This document shows positions 22,525 through 32,417 of a DNA stretch of 33,771 bases, piece after piece. The stretch covers positions 1-33,771 of the forward strand of contig MCFE01000813.1 in assembly GCA_002104905.1 (NCBI GenBank), in the 5' to 3' direction. This DNA comes from Basidiobolus meristosporus CBS 931.73. Taxonomy: Eukaryota; Fungi; Basidiobolomycota. A model generated the notes under the pieces. It worked only from the letters and a program-made list of their open reading frames with translations. It ran no database searches and was not told the origin of the DNA. The position numbers were made by a program, and so were the translations under genes. Every line of letters begins with the position of its first letter. Within the stretch, counting starts at the first letter, position 1.

Positions 22525-22684
22525 GGTCAAGTCGGCTATGGAGCAGATAGAGCATTAGCGACTCATGCTTATCTTTTTATATCCTCTCTCTACGGTCGAA
22601 GTTGAGCTCGTAGCAACAAAGATCTGATATCCATTTCGCTCGTTCCAGTCTTGAATCATACTATAAGGGGTTCCCTTATTCTTT

Positions 22685-22705
22685 GAGTCGGTCACCTACT
22701 ATATT
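22685..22705. promoter_or_regulatory. 21-bp non-coding motif shared upstream of both 3D genes, copy 1
   Basis: GAGTCGGTCACCTACTATATT; 20/21 identical to 24988-25008. Confidence 0.5.
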
Positions 22706-24278
22706 CATCCTATCTCAGATACCAGCAGGAAAGGCTACCGTTTAGATCGAATTGGTCGCACAAAAACCATGCTTGTGTATTAACCTAAGGCAGCTTCTAG
22801 CAAATGCCAAACGAGAGGGATAAGATTGACTATATATTTGGGATTCTTCTTTTTTCTTTGACATTAGAGGACGTCCTTGTGTTGACCGGTTTATGATTGG
22901 TGAAAAGTGTGGTAAATATCGGAGCGTTCCTTGAAACGCGCAATGGGGTCCTAATTGGGCAGCCACTAAATGCTTAACGTAAAGAGCCTCCGAGCTTTCA
23001 CTCATTTTAGGAAATTGATTCTACCGGGCCTCGTATTAGACATTGAACTTAGGGAAAGCTGTGGTTTGGCCATAGAACTGTAAATGAGATACAGGCGGCG
23101 ATTGCTATAATTCTCCATCGATGCCAAAGATATCCCAAATGCGGCATAGGTCAGCCCGTCTGAGAACCATCAAATGCTCAATAGCAATTGCTTTCACAAC
23201 CAATTCGATAATCTTGCATTACCTTAGTCAAAGTATCAGAGGTGGTACATAGCATCGATCACTCCGCATGATCCAAATCAATAACCTTGCAGGAGTGGAG
23301 CCATGTTCCAAATGACCCAATAGGTCATCACCATCCGTAAATCTTGCATGAGATTGTCACTACACTACCTTGGCTGAAATCTCCTTGGGTAACGGGCAGC
23401 CGTTGGTCACACGGGTGCAAATCACAGCATTCTCCAGGGATATATCGATGTTTGTACCACGTAATGCACGCTGTGTGACATCGTAAAGATACCCCCCTTG
23501 TTCTCACTTGCCTAATTTTCCGGTTCGTGCCCTCCTCATAGATTTTTCTTTGGAATGCGATTAGCGGTTTCCCATGGTTCCCGAGTTGATCTATACGATT
23601 ATATCATCGGAACCACATATTACTCCATTATCCAATGCACAGTCTTCACTCTTGCCACATCGATGCGATAATTATCAAGTATATCTCAGTGATCGTGAAC
23701 TACTGAGTACTAGACAGACTACTTAATCAAGTTATTAGTGGGATGATCAAATAAGCTACTACACCAGGACTGCGATAGTTTTTCTTTTGTCCAATCTAAA
23801 TGGCAAACACATAAATGATTTGATTGGCCAATTTCATACTACGACACCAAGTCGACGCATCCAAAGAAATCGGGATTGATAATTGCTAAACAACAGAGGA
23901 ATGTTCCACCTCTTCATCTGCATCTCAGGATTGGCAGCCAGATTTCCTCAAACCTTGGTTGAGATCAGACGCACAATGCAGGCGCATAGATAGTCATCGC
24001 TATTTGCCGACAGTCGGAGGTCATTCTCGAAGCATTATTAATTGGGAGCAGTATAAGTGCGCTTCAGTGGAGTTGCCATCGCCTCGCCCAACCCAAATAT
24101 ATATGGAAAGGGATAGGAGGACACAATTTATCAAGACAACTATAGTACATATCGGGGAGTGAGGTGGTGATTCTTATGAGCATAGACAGACGTTTATTGA
24201 TACTGTTTTCCGGTTAGAAGCTCCAGTTCAACTGAAGATACATCCAGTGTAGTGGTAGTGTTGTGCCCATGTAAAATC

Positions 24279-24878
24279 TTACCCTTGTAGCTTGCAAGAG
24301 GAGATGGAGATATCGACATATCTAAGCTTAGACCCGTAGTTGCGTGAGATTTGGTCGTAATACTTCTTGTCACCAACTAACAGATCAATGTGATTGTTGC
24401 CAAAGCTCCAGCCTTTATCGTCCACGCGAACACATCCATTGTGGGTGATGCCGTTGGGCATTTTCAATCCTTTCAATTGGTTCACCATAACCTTGCTACC
24501 ATATGGAAGATCGTTGGCTGAGATACTGATGAATGGCTTAAGTGCGTTGCTTCGGGAACCTAAACCAAATGGATACCGTTTGGGATCGAGTTCCATAAAG
24601 CAGTTGTAGCCGCTACCGCAGCTGCAAGCTAGGTTCACGATCTTTCCGTTATTCAGACGTGCAGTGCCTTCCATACGGGCTGCGTTGGCAAAGGACTTTG
24701 AAACCTTGGCGATGTTCTTTCCAGAGCAGGTGCGAAGATTGACATTCTTGGATCCAGAGTGATCGCTCTCCTTGGCGACCCAGTAGTAGGTCATCTTCAC
24801 CCTTTTTGCCATGACCGCTGTCTGGAAAAGGGTGATGTAAAGGAGAGTAATCAGGAGAAGCTTGTTGAGTACTTGCAT
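24279..24878 (-). CDS. Secreted 3D-domain (MltA-like) protein, 199 aa, copy 2
   Basis: About 85% identical to copy 1 (29 differences by manual count), same length and motifs. TATA at 24917-24925 (minus). Confidence 0.87.
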   Translation of the reverse strand: MQVLNKLLLITLLYITLFQTAVMAKRVKMTYYWVAKESDHSGSKNVNLRTCSGKNIAKVSKSFANAARMEGTARLNNGKIVNLACSCGSGYNCFMELDPKRYPFGLGSRSNALKPFISISANDLPYGSKVMVNQLKGLKMPNGITHNGCVRVDDKGWSFGNNHIDLLVGDKKYYDQISRNYGSKLRYVDISISSCKLQG

Positions 24879-24987
24879 GTTGAAGTGGATGGAGAGTAGT
24901 TATTCATTGACGCTGCTTATATATACTTTTGCTATGAAGCCTCCAGCCTTTTGAACATCGCTAGCACTTGAATCTGCCTTCCCCTTC

Positions 24988-25008
24988 GAGTCGGTCACCT
25001 TCTATATT
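24988..25008. promoter_or_regulatory. 21-bp shared upstream motif, copy 2
   Basis: GAGTCGGTCACCTTCTATATT. Confidence 0.5.
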
Positions 25009-27942
25009 GATCACAAAGTGGATGTTGACAGAAAGCGTTGCACAACGCTCCCATTTGGGCTGAATAGATGAATGCCATGGAGCCAGGGAGGTGAAAGGCT
25101 TGCCATTTACATAGCATAACCACGATTCGACTGACTCACAGATTGTTATTATTCAAAAACGCAGAAACTTCCTTCGAATTGCCTCGGATCCATGATTGGC
25201 CAGGCTCGAGATAAGAATTTAAAGTTTGGAACTCTCCGAACCAGTGTTTGTTTTAGGAAACAATCGATCCACCTAGCCATCATATATTGATAATTCACCA
25301 ACAGGCATAATCATGATTATATAGTTGAACTCATCAAAGGATGTTGATAATAGAGAGACCCTGTTGATAGTGCGTTCTACAGTTACCCAGTATGCCTCAT
25401 ACCTTTGCTATTGAGAAGTTCTAGCATCTGTATCACAACTTTGAAATGACTTAAAACACCGTAATACGGGGTCAACAACAAGTCGGATGGCACAGGTTCT
25501 TGCAACATCATAAATAGAGTTACTTGACGTTAACTGTTTCTGGATACCGTAATTGCTACCGTCGTTAATTGTTATTGGTGCGGTGGAGGCTAAGCTCGTA
25601 CTGTAGTTTTCATTTCGTGTCAATCTATGTAGAACTCACAGTTCTTTTAGTGAACAGGATTAACAATCGTTAGTTAGTCGTGGCGGTCATTATCTTATCG
25701 TCGTCGAAAACTTATTTCGAATGGTCTGACAAATGCATGTAGAACAGTCTGTGTGTAATATGCAAGTAATATGTTAGTGTCAATAGCTGACGAGGGTACC
25801 AAATGTTTGTTGTCACTGAAAATCCACTCTTGATGCCTTTCTTGGGCAAGTTTCAGCCCATCTTGTCTCCGGCTGGGCTAACACACAATCGAGTCATTCC
25901 TATTAATCATTCACAAAGTATTCTGAAGTGCCAGTAGAGAATCTCTCTATAAAGGGACAACATAGTGAATATATGATAGTCGGAGATTCCTAACGATATA
26001 GAAATTGTGTGAATGATGTGTGCCTACTTATCAATAGCAAATTGTGAAGGTTCTGGAGACGCTGAGTTTGCGGTAGCTATATGGATAACTACAATGATGC
26101 TATGGTAATGCAAATACCAGGGAGTAGCGTATGGTACATAGGAGATCAACTGATATAGGCATCAATACCGTGATTGCTCTTTGACCTGGGCTCTCATAGT
26201 GAAATACCCATTGCGCTGTATATAGGAGTTAAGCATTCCAAGTTAGTGCTCCAATCGCATCAAATTCCGATAAACATTTGAAAATGTGAGAATAAAGTAG
26301 TTTTATCATAAGCTGGAGTATTTCGGGGTGAAAATTAATCACTACAACCGACTTCAAATCCCAGAATCTACCAGAGACCTCAGTTAATTTTTAACCATTT
26401 GACCATGCAGAAATCTCAACGAATGGCTTAAAATGAGACATATCCTCGTCATCCTATAGAAAGTGGCCAGTAGTACCAAATTGCTCCAGTATTTTGGTTT
26501 GACATCGAGTCAATATCTTTAAAATTGAGCGTGGATACATCTTTTATCAATTCTTTACAGTACACATATTAACGCGACTATATGTGCCAGAGACCCTAAA
26601 TTTATGCATACTTGTCACCGAAGCTTCATTACATATTTCTTGAGTTAACTTCATGAGGCTCTACCAGCATGTGTATACTCCACTGCTGCCAAATAAATAT
26701 ACAGTCGGTTATTTTCTTAACTTCATGTTATCCATCCTTCTGTGAAATTGATGCTTATAATTTTTACTCATTTCATAACATTATTATCTACATGCTCGAA
26801 GTGGTGGTAGCCATATGTTGATAACTTGAAATCAGAAGAAACTAGTAGCATTCACTTAGTGGCTCATTGAGCTTAAAATATACACTTAAACTTCGAGTGA
26901 TGTTTGCTGTTTTAAGAATCAGAGTGGTTTAGAATAATCCCAAAAAGCTAGTAGTAATACTCGAGTCCTCACGGACATGTTGTAGCTTCTATTTATTGTG
27001 AGAATACTGGAGATATCAAAAGGGTGAGCTATTGTATTCTGGAGAGTATTGGATATGGCTAGAAGAATTAGAACAGTTGCATAAAATTCACTTTATGTTT
27101 ATTGAGCTCATATAGGGTGTTCATAAGGTGTATAATATTCAGTCAGGTAATGTAAAGAATGTTGTAAGGAAGGCTCCGGAAAGCCACAAATTTAGGGGCG
27201 CATGGTCAAGTTTGAACAATAATCCAGACGTCTAACAATAGAATTTCACCAAATCCCTGCCAGGAGATCGGGAAACCATTGTCAATTCTTGGTCGTATAT
27301 CAAGCTGGTCTACGAGGAATGAACGCAATAACGAACTGTATTATTGGACTGTCCGCCAGTTTATGGCTTGTTGATGCGGTTGCAATGATATATATATATT
27401 GATGATCACTAAGACGTCAACCAAATTTACAGGATGAAGTGTCTTGCTCTATGGAAGGAAATAGCAGCAAATGAAGCCATCAAGCTAGGAGAGCCACACT
27501 TTGCCGGGATAAAATCGGGATGGTTACATTTATTTCTGCTGCGCTGTAAGAGAAATATTTAATCGAGGATGCATTGAATAAAGTAAAGTTGCCGCATTTA
27601 GCTAGTGTTTTGTATAGTTTCACGCAGTCTCGTTCTGCGAAAAGATTTGGAGAAGAGTGTGAAACGTTCAGTATCCTATTTTGATATCGCCGTAGCGCAT
27701 CGGGGTGAGCCTTTGTGGCTTATAATTAACCGCCAAACATGAACAAGTTCAAGTATGAAGAATGGTTTGCACCAGAATTGCTTTGTTATGTGCCAATTCT
27801 TTAAATCTCACTCCAAATCTTGGTGTTGGTTGCATATATTGTTATAATTCACTTTTCCACTACCAACTTGACGCGATCAACGAGTATGGAGTTTGAAATG
27901 ATGATTTATTATGTACGGCTGATAGATATTGATTTGAAGTGA

Positions 27943-28761
27943 TCACAACTTACGGTTCATCTCGGAGGCGAGCCGATCCATGGCACAATTATCATATTGC
28001 AACCAAACCCCATCGGAATAATTGCAGCTTTCAGGCCAAGGATCACTACCGCCAACTGACAAGAAAATGGCGTTACCTTCACCAGCAAGTCCAGATCCCC
28101 AGCAATAACCGCTCCCAGTCTGCGTAACTTTACCACCCCAGTTTGGATAGCAGAAGTCTCCACCGGCAATGCGATAGCACTGCCGTCCAAAGATTCCTGT
28201 ACGGGTTTGTGACGGATCTTCCCACATGTCATCAATACGCTGGTGGATACCACCACCATTCCACATGTTGTATGACCCGAAGTTTTTCCCAGTAATGTTC
28301 GCCATGAATTGCCATTGATTCTCAATCAGAATCGTGGCTTTGAATACAGTATCTTGGCCCAGGTGAATTGCATCGACGCGCAGCCTGTAACGTTGCCCCG
28401 GTTGCCAATCGATGTCCATAATAGCCTGCTTACCAGACTTTTCTGTGGAGTTCTGGTAGATGACGTTTCGGCCAACGCCTGCAATTTCTGCCTTTTGAGA
28501 TTCTCCCAGATCGAAGAGAGAGAAGGTTGCCAATCTCTTGGAGTCACTGTAGGCTTGTAAGCCAAAGTAGCCATCTTCAAATCCTACAACACTCCAAAGC
28601 CCGGGCGCTCCATCGTTCCCTGAGGGAACTTCGATATCAGACTCAAAGCTGGTTATCGGACCAAAATTCCAGCCTGGCAATGAGTTTTCAAGATTCATAC
28701 TCATCCCATGGGCCACAGAGGATAGTACTGGCAGTAACACTAGCGGAAGTATCGTTTTCAT
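27943..28761 (-). CDS. Secreted DUF3472-like protein (272 aa)
   Basis: The probable start is MKTILPLVLLPVLSSVAHG (ATG 28761), inside the TTG-started ORF. TATA at 28805-28813. Motifs DGYFGLQ, FSLF, WQPGQRYRL, WQFMANI and RTGIFGRQ resemble my recollection of DUF3472 (GYxGxQ, FSVW, WxxGxxY, R.A.Y.NQ). Confidence 0.75.
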   Translation of the reverse strand: MKTILPLVLLPVLSSVAHGMSMNLENSLPGWNFGPITSFESDIEVPSGNDGAPGLWSVVGFEDGYFGLQAYSDSKRLATFSLFDLGESQKAEIAGVGRNVIYQNSTEKSGKQAIMDIDWQPGQRYRLRVDAIHLGQDTVFKATILIENQWQFMANITGKNFGSYNMWNGGGIHQRIDDMWEDPSQTRTGIFGRQCYRIAGGDFCYPNWGGKVTQTGSGYCWGSGLAGEGNAIFLSVGGSDPWPESCNYSDGVWLQYDNCAMDRLASEMNRKL

Positions 28762-29149
28762 CTGTGATATTGCGAAGAATACTGGTAGAGGTACTGAACA
28801 CTGATTATATATAGTTTTTGCACAAGTACCAATGTAGCGATTCCTTATCTTGGTTCGATACCGAGAGAACCGAGGCTTTCTGCCGCTAGTAGACAAAATC
28901 TGTCACAGTTAGATGGCAAAATCTTTTATCGAAAAACAGCTTACTCAAAACAATCCCCGGAAAAGCCAATGCAGGGCTCACCAAATGATTGTTATCTAGA
29001 GATAATGTTCCTAAAAAGGTGGACCCTGCGGTATTAATCTCTAAGTTTCCATTTAGAAGTGAACACAGGCTGTTTTCTTTTCCATCGGAGGGGATTTTCT
29101 CACTTATAAAGTCGGTAACATTGTTGGCCTACAGCATTACATTCTCATC
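28762..29149. promoter_or_regulatory. 388-bp bidirectional promoter region
   Basis: Two outward-facing TATA boxes: 28805-28813 (minus) and TATAAAG at 29105-29111 (plus), each about 45 nt from its ATG. Confidence 0.6.
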
Positions 29150-30127
29150 ATGAGGCTCGCATCGTTCCTGACAGCGACGGTTTCAGCATTCTTCCTTTGT
29201 GCCAGGTATATTGATGCCTTGGACGTTTCCCTGAGTGGTCCTATTGGGGGTTCCATTACCGGATTTCTGACATCGATTGAAATTCCAGTGGGCTACGATG
29301 GAGTTAATACGTACTTTTGTGGGGCTGCTTGGTGGTTAGGCTACTTTGGTTTGCAAAGAGTCGCCGAAAATGATCATAACACCATTTTTACGGTGTGGAA
29401 CATTGGAAACCATACCGCCAAGATTGTCGAGGCTCATCCTGACGCTCACTTTGTGAGGTGCGAGAAAGATTGTGCTGAGGGCGCAGCTTCGCAAATCACT
29501 GTTCATGGCGACTTCTGGAAACCCGGCGTGAAGTATTGGTTGAAGGTGGAGATAAATCGGGAAGGGAGAGATGTTATGTACATTTCCTCCATATACAAGG
29601 ACAATGAGTGGCAGTTGGTTGGTAAGATTCTAGGCCCTGATTATGCTGAGCTCATGTCCGAACCGGCCAATTACTTTTATCAATTTATTGAAGACTTTAG
29701 TAATGGCATGAGTCCCGAAAGTTTGAAAGTTCCCAGACGCGTGATATATGGCGATCAGTATTACCGAGTTGAAGGTACGGAGAAATGGGGGCCTATTACA
29801 TATATCTCTCCTGATACCTCACGTCATGCGCAGCGTTTGTATGACGACTTCAATTACTCGGCAAATATGACCAAGGCTGGAAATGCCTATGTCCTATCTC
29901 TTGATGGTTACCTGCCAAAGGGTGAATATGACCGTACATATATTCCACCGTTCAGCTACATTGCCAGCAATATCACACTACCTTCGTTTTTGGGCATCGA
30001 GACTGTTGAGTATCCGGCTCCATCCTATCTCAGCAAGAGCTATCATACCGTTAATATAGGCGGAATTATACATGCTGCGTCGGAAGAAACTTGCGAGAGA
30101 CCAGTTTTGCCACCTGCTTATGCTTAA
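29150..30127 (+). CDS. Secreted DUF3472-like protein (325 aa), distant paralog of 27943..28761
   Basis: Signal peptide, motifs LGYFGLQ, IFTVWN, WKPGVKYWL, WQLVGKI, QFIEDF and RRVIYGDQ, and several NxS/T sequons. Confidence 0.85.
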   Translation: MRLASFLTATVSAFFLCARYIDALDVSLSGPIGGSITGFLTSIEIPVGYDGVNTYFCGAAWWLGYFGLQRVAENDHNTIFTVWNIGNHTAKIVEAHPDAHFVRCEKDCAEGAASQITVHGDFWKPGVKYWLKVEINREGRDVMYISSIYKDNEWQLVGKILGPDYAELMSEPANYFYQFIEDFSNGMSPESLKVPRRVIYGDQYYRVEGTEKWGPITYISPDTSRHAQRLYDDFNYSANMTKAGNAYVLSLDGYLPKGEYDRTYIPPFSYIASNITLPSFLGIETVEYPAPSYLSKSYHTVNIGGIIHAASEETCERPVLPPAYA

Positions 30128-31243
30128 ATGTAGGTCGTTACTCGTTGTTAATAAAGAGACTTTGTGTAAATGATTCAATATGTATCGTATGATTGTTGCT
30201 CTTTATTGGTAAACAGCTTAGCGCAGCCTAAGACGGTTTCTCAGGATTCCCGCTGCTTGCTGGTAAAGAATTTCATGGTATTGTACCCATCTGCGGTCCT
30301 CTCCAACCTGATATCTACACAAGCATCTGGTATCTACGCGTGGTCCTCTGCAAATCGAGATCATCATCCCTTTTTTAGAGAGGTGAGTAAACTATCATTC
30401 TTTCAGCCATTGGCTGATTGCAGGGCCATCTGAAGCTTAATACAGGCCAGATTAGCCGTTTCAAGTTTGCCAACTAAAATAGCTGCAAACCATGTAAAGA
30501 TGGGACTAGATTGAGATCGGTGGTATCACGATGCAGTAAGTGCCGGGTACTAGGGTACGACATCAATACGGCTATTCTCGGAATTTTGCTGCCGCATGAT
30601 TTTTTGTCATTGCAGTCTATATGCATGTAGGAAATCCAACAACCTGGCGTATCATCATAGCGAATTGATTTTTTTCACTGGTGAAATGACTAACATTGCA
30701 AATCTGGATTTTCCAGAGATGATCTGGATACGCCTCAAGATAGAGATGTGCGTCTGGTTCGATCAACTTTTGGAAGCTATTGGTTATCTTGTAGCTGATT
30801 GATCTATGGTCCTGATCAGGTGAAGTCAACTTCTCTAGCACATCGACTGTGCCGCTCCCAACAAATCAGACTTGTTCCAGTCAACACTAGCAGAAAGGAC
30901 GGTTACTTTTAGGTTACTTTTCCATATATTAAGGCATAAAGTAACTAAAGCTAAGCGACAGCAATATGTATCGGGATAAGCGAGGTCAGCTTGCTACAAA
31001 GAATCATTGATATGTGAAACGATTGCTAACCCTAACTAAACTTGTTGTTAATTAAATAATATTTAAGAACAAGGTAAGTTCCAGGATTTGGATAAGCTCA
31101 GTATGCATTGAGCATTCTTTACTGCAGCATCTTAGTGGCACTATCAGCTCAGCAGATTATGGCAACTGGCTATACAGAACTGAACCTTACCAATAATACA
31201 TCTACTGATGGAGGAAGCAGCAAACAACAAAGCAATGGCCTGA

Positions 31244-31698
31244 GGGGGGGGGAGACAGTCACCAACAGGTGAAATCTTTTTTCAGTTGAAACAAAGAAGC
31301 CAGTGCTACTGTTGTAACTTTGATACAAGAGTGTGTAGCTGAGGGGAATTTGTAGGTAAGTTAGTATGGAGAGTTGATAGTTCTTCAGTGCTCAAGACAC
31401 TGCTCAGTGGGAAGGAGGGTAGCAACAGGGGTAAGAATGATTTGTGAATAAAATTGATGAGAGGAATATGGTAAGGATTGATATTCATCACAAAGGGAGT
31501 GTGCTGCCTCAAATGTTGCTGCCAAAGGTCTGTCAAGTACTTCAGGGAGGCCAGCTTGGGTTTTTCAGACTGCAGAATATAATGAGCAAACTTCTTGACT
31601 TTAGGATCTCCAAGTATAGTTCTCAAGCAGGAGCCAGGTGTAGTTTGGTATGTTCTCTTCCATGCCTTAATCAGTGGGTTGTTGCAGTGGTGAAGTCT
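31244..31698 (-). mobile_element. 3'-terminal fragment of the LINE-like element (about 455 bp)
   Basis: Roughly 90% identical to 32418-32871. Includes the last ~130 codons of the RT ORF, a ~60-nt 3' UTR and a terminal C9 run. Homology stops at ...GTGAAGTCT (31698). Confidence 0.9.
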
Positions 31699-32320
31699 AG
31701 GCCCAGTGCGCTGTGAGCGGGGTGATGCCAACACCGGACAAGTGACCACCGCATGACTGGTACTGCCACAACCATCACCACCAAGACAAGACTAGACTAG
31801 ACTAGACGAAGGGAGAGGAGTCAAGTGCAGCGAGAGCGAAAAAGACGTGTCAAGGCGCTGTAGCCAAGTGAGTTAGTGAGGGCGCTGCGCACAAGCAGGG
31901 CGCACCCAGCGACAAGTTTGACTCGTGTCTGGGAGCAGAAATCGACCACCGGAGAGATAACCATAAGGGGTTATGGAAAAATTTTGCACCAACGGAAGAC
32001 GAGATTTGCGCGCGGGCCCCGACCACGGCGAAAGATGATTTGCCAACCCTAACCAGCGCGACGCAATGCAGCGGGAACGGTAGCAGCACTACGTCTAGGA
32101 AGCAGACCTTTTGCACCGGACGGGGGCCAAGCTACAGACAGCGCAGCAAAAAGCACCCGCCACGACACAACACAACACACCAAAGGCAGCAGTCGCAAAA
32201 AAAGAGCAGACACACGCACACAGGCAGAAGCAAAAAGGGTTGTGGAATGGAGCAATAAGGAAGAAAACATCAGCACCTAGTATTCCCACGTGGTCCCCCA
32301 CCGTAGTACTGACTAGGCCA
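31699..32320. other. GC- and CpG-rich segment fused to the LINE fragment; possible element 5' UTR/promoter
   Basis: About 39 CpG in ~600 bp by my count, abutting CpG-free LINE sequence. No convincing ORF. Confidence 0.5.
31789..31807. repeat. (AGACT)3-AGAC tandem repeat
   Basis: AGACTAGACTAGACTAGAC. Confidence 0.9.
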
Positions 32321-32417
32321 TTACCAGTTTGACTTTGGAGATCGGACGGGATCCGGTATTTTCTGGTATGTATGGCCGATGCTCGAGAGTGTTACAGTTA
32401 AGGCCCAAAAATCCTTA

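Noticed and set aside
22663-22679. Hairpin ATAAGGG-GTT-CCCTTAT upstream of 3D copy 1
   Set aside because: A 7-bp stem that is absent from the paralogous promoter.
25624-27938. 2.3-kb stretch with no ORF of 60 aa or more; faint LRR-like phrases near 26.5-26.9 kb
   Set aside because: Many stops in all frames and no motif I can name. It may be an old pseudogene, but that needs a translated search.
5275-28896. Longer ORF-track starts at 5275, 8122, 22530 and 28896
   Set aside because: The extensions run through TATA boxes or begin at TTG. The paralog-conserved signal peptides begin at 5329, 8179, 22524 and 28761.
30617-30841. KLIEPDAHLYLEAYPDHLWK...VSHFT resembles a Tc1/IS630 helix-turn-helix region
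   Set aside because: No DDE motifs downstream in any frame I read and no terminal inverted repeats; too weak to call.
31026-32054. Telomere-like CTAACCCTAAC (31026-31036) and AACCCTAACC (32045-32054)
   Set aside because: Fewer than two full repeat units each; compatible with chance.
31234-32322. 8-bp inverted repeat AATGGCCT / AGGCCATT bracketing the chimeric unit
   Set aside because: It does not extend, there is no target-site duplication, and the enclosed sequence is retroelement-derived.
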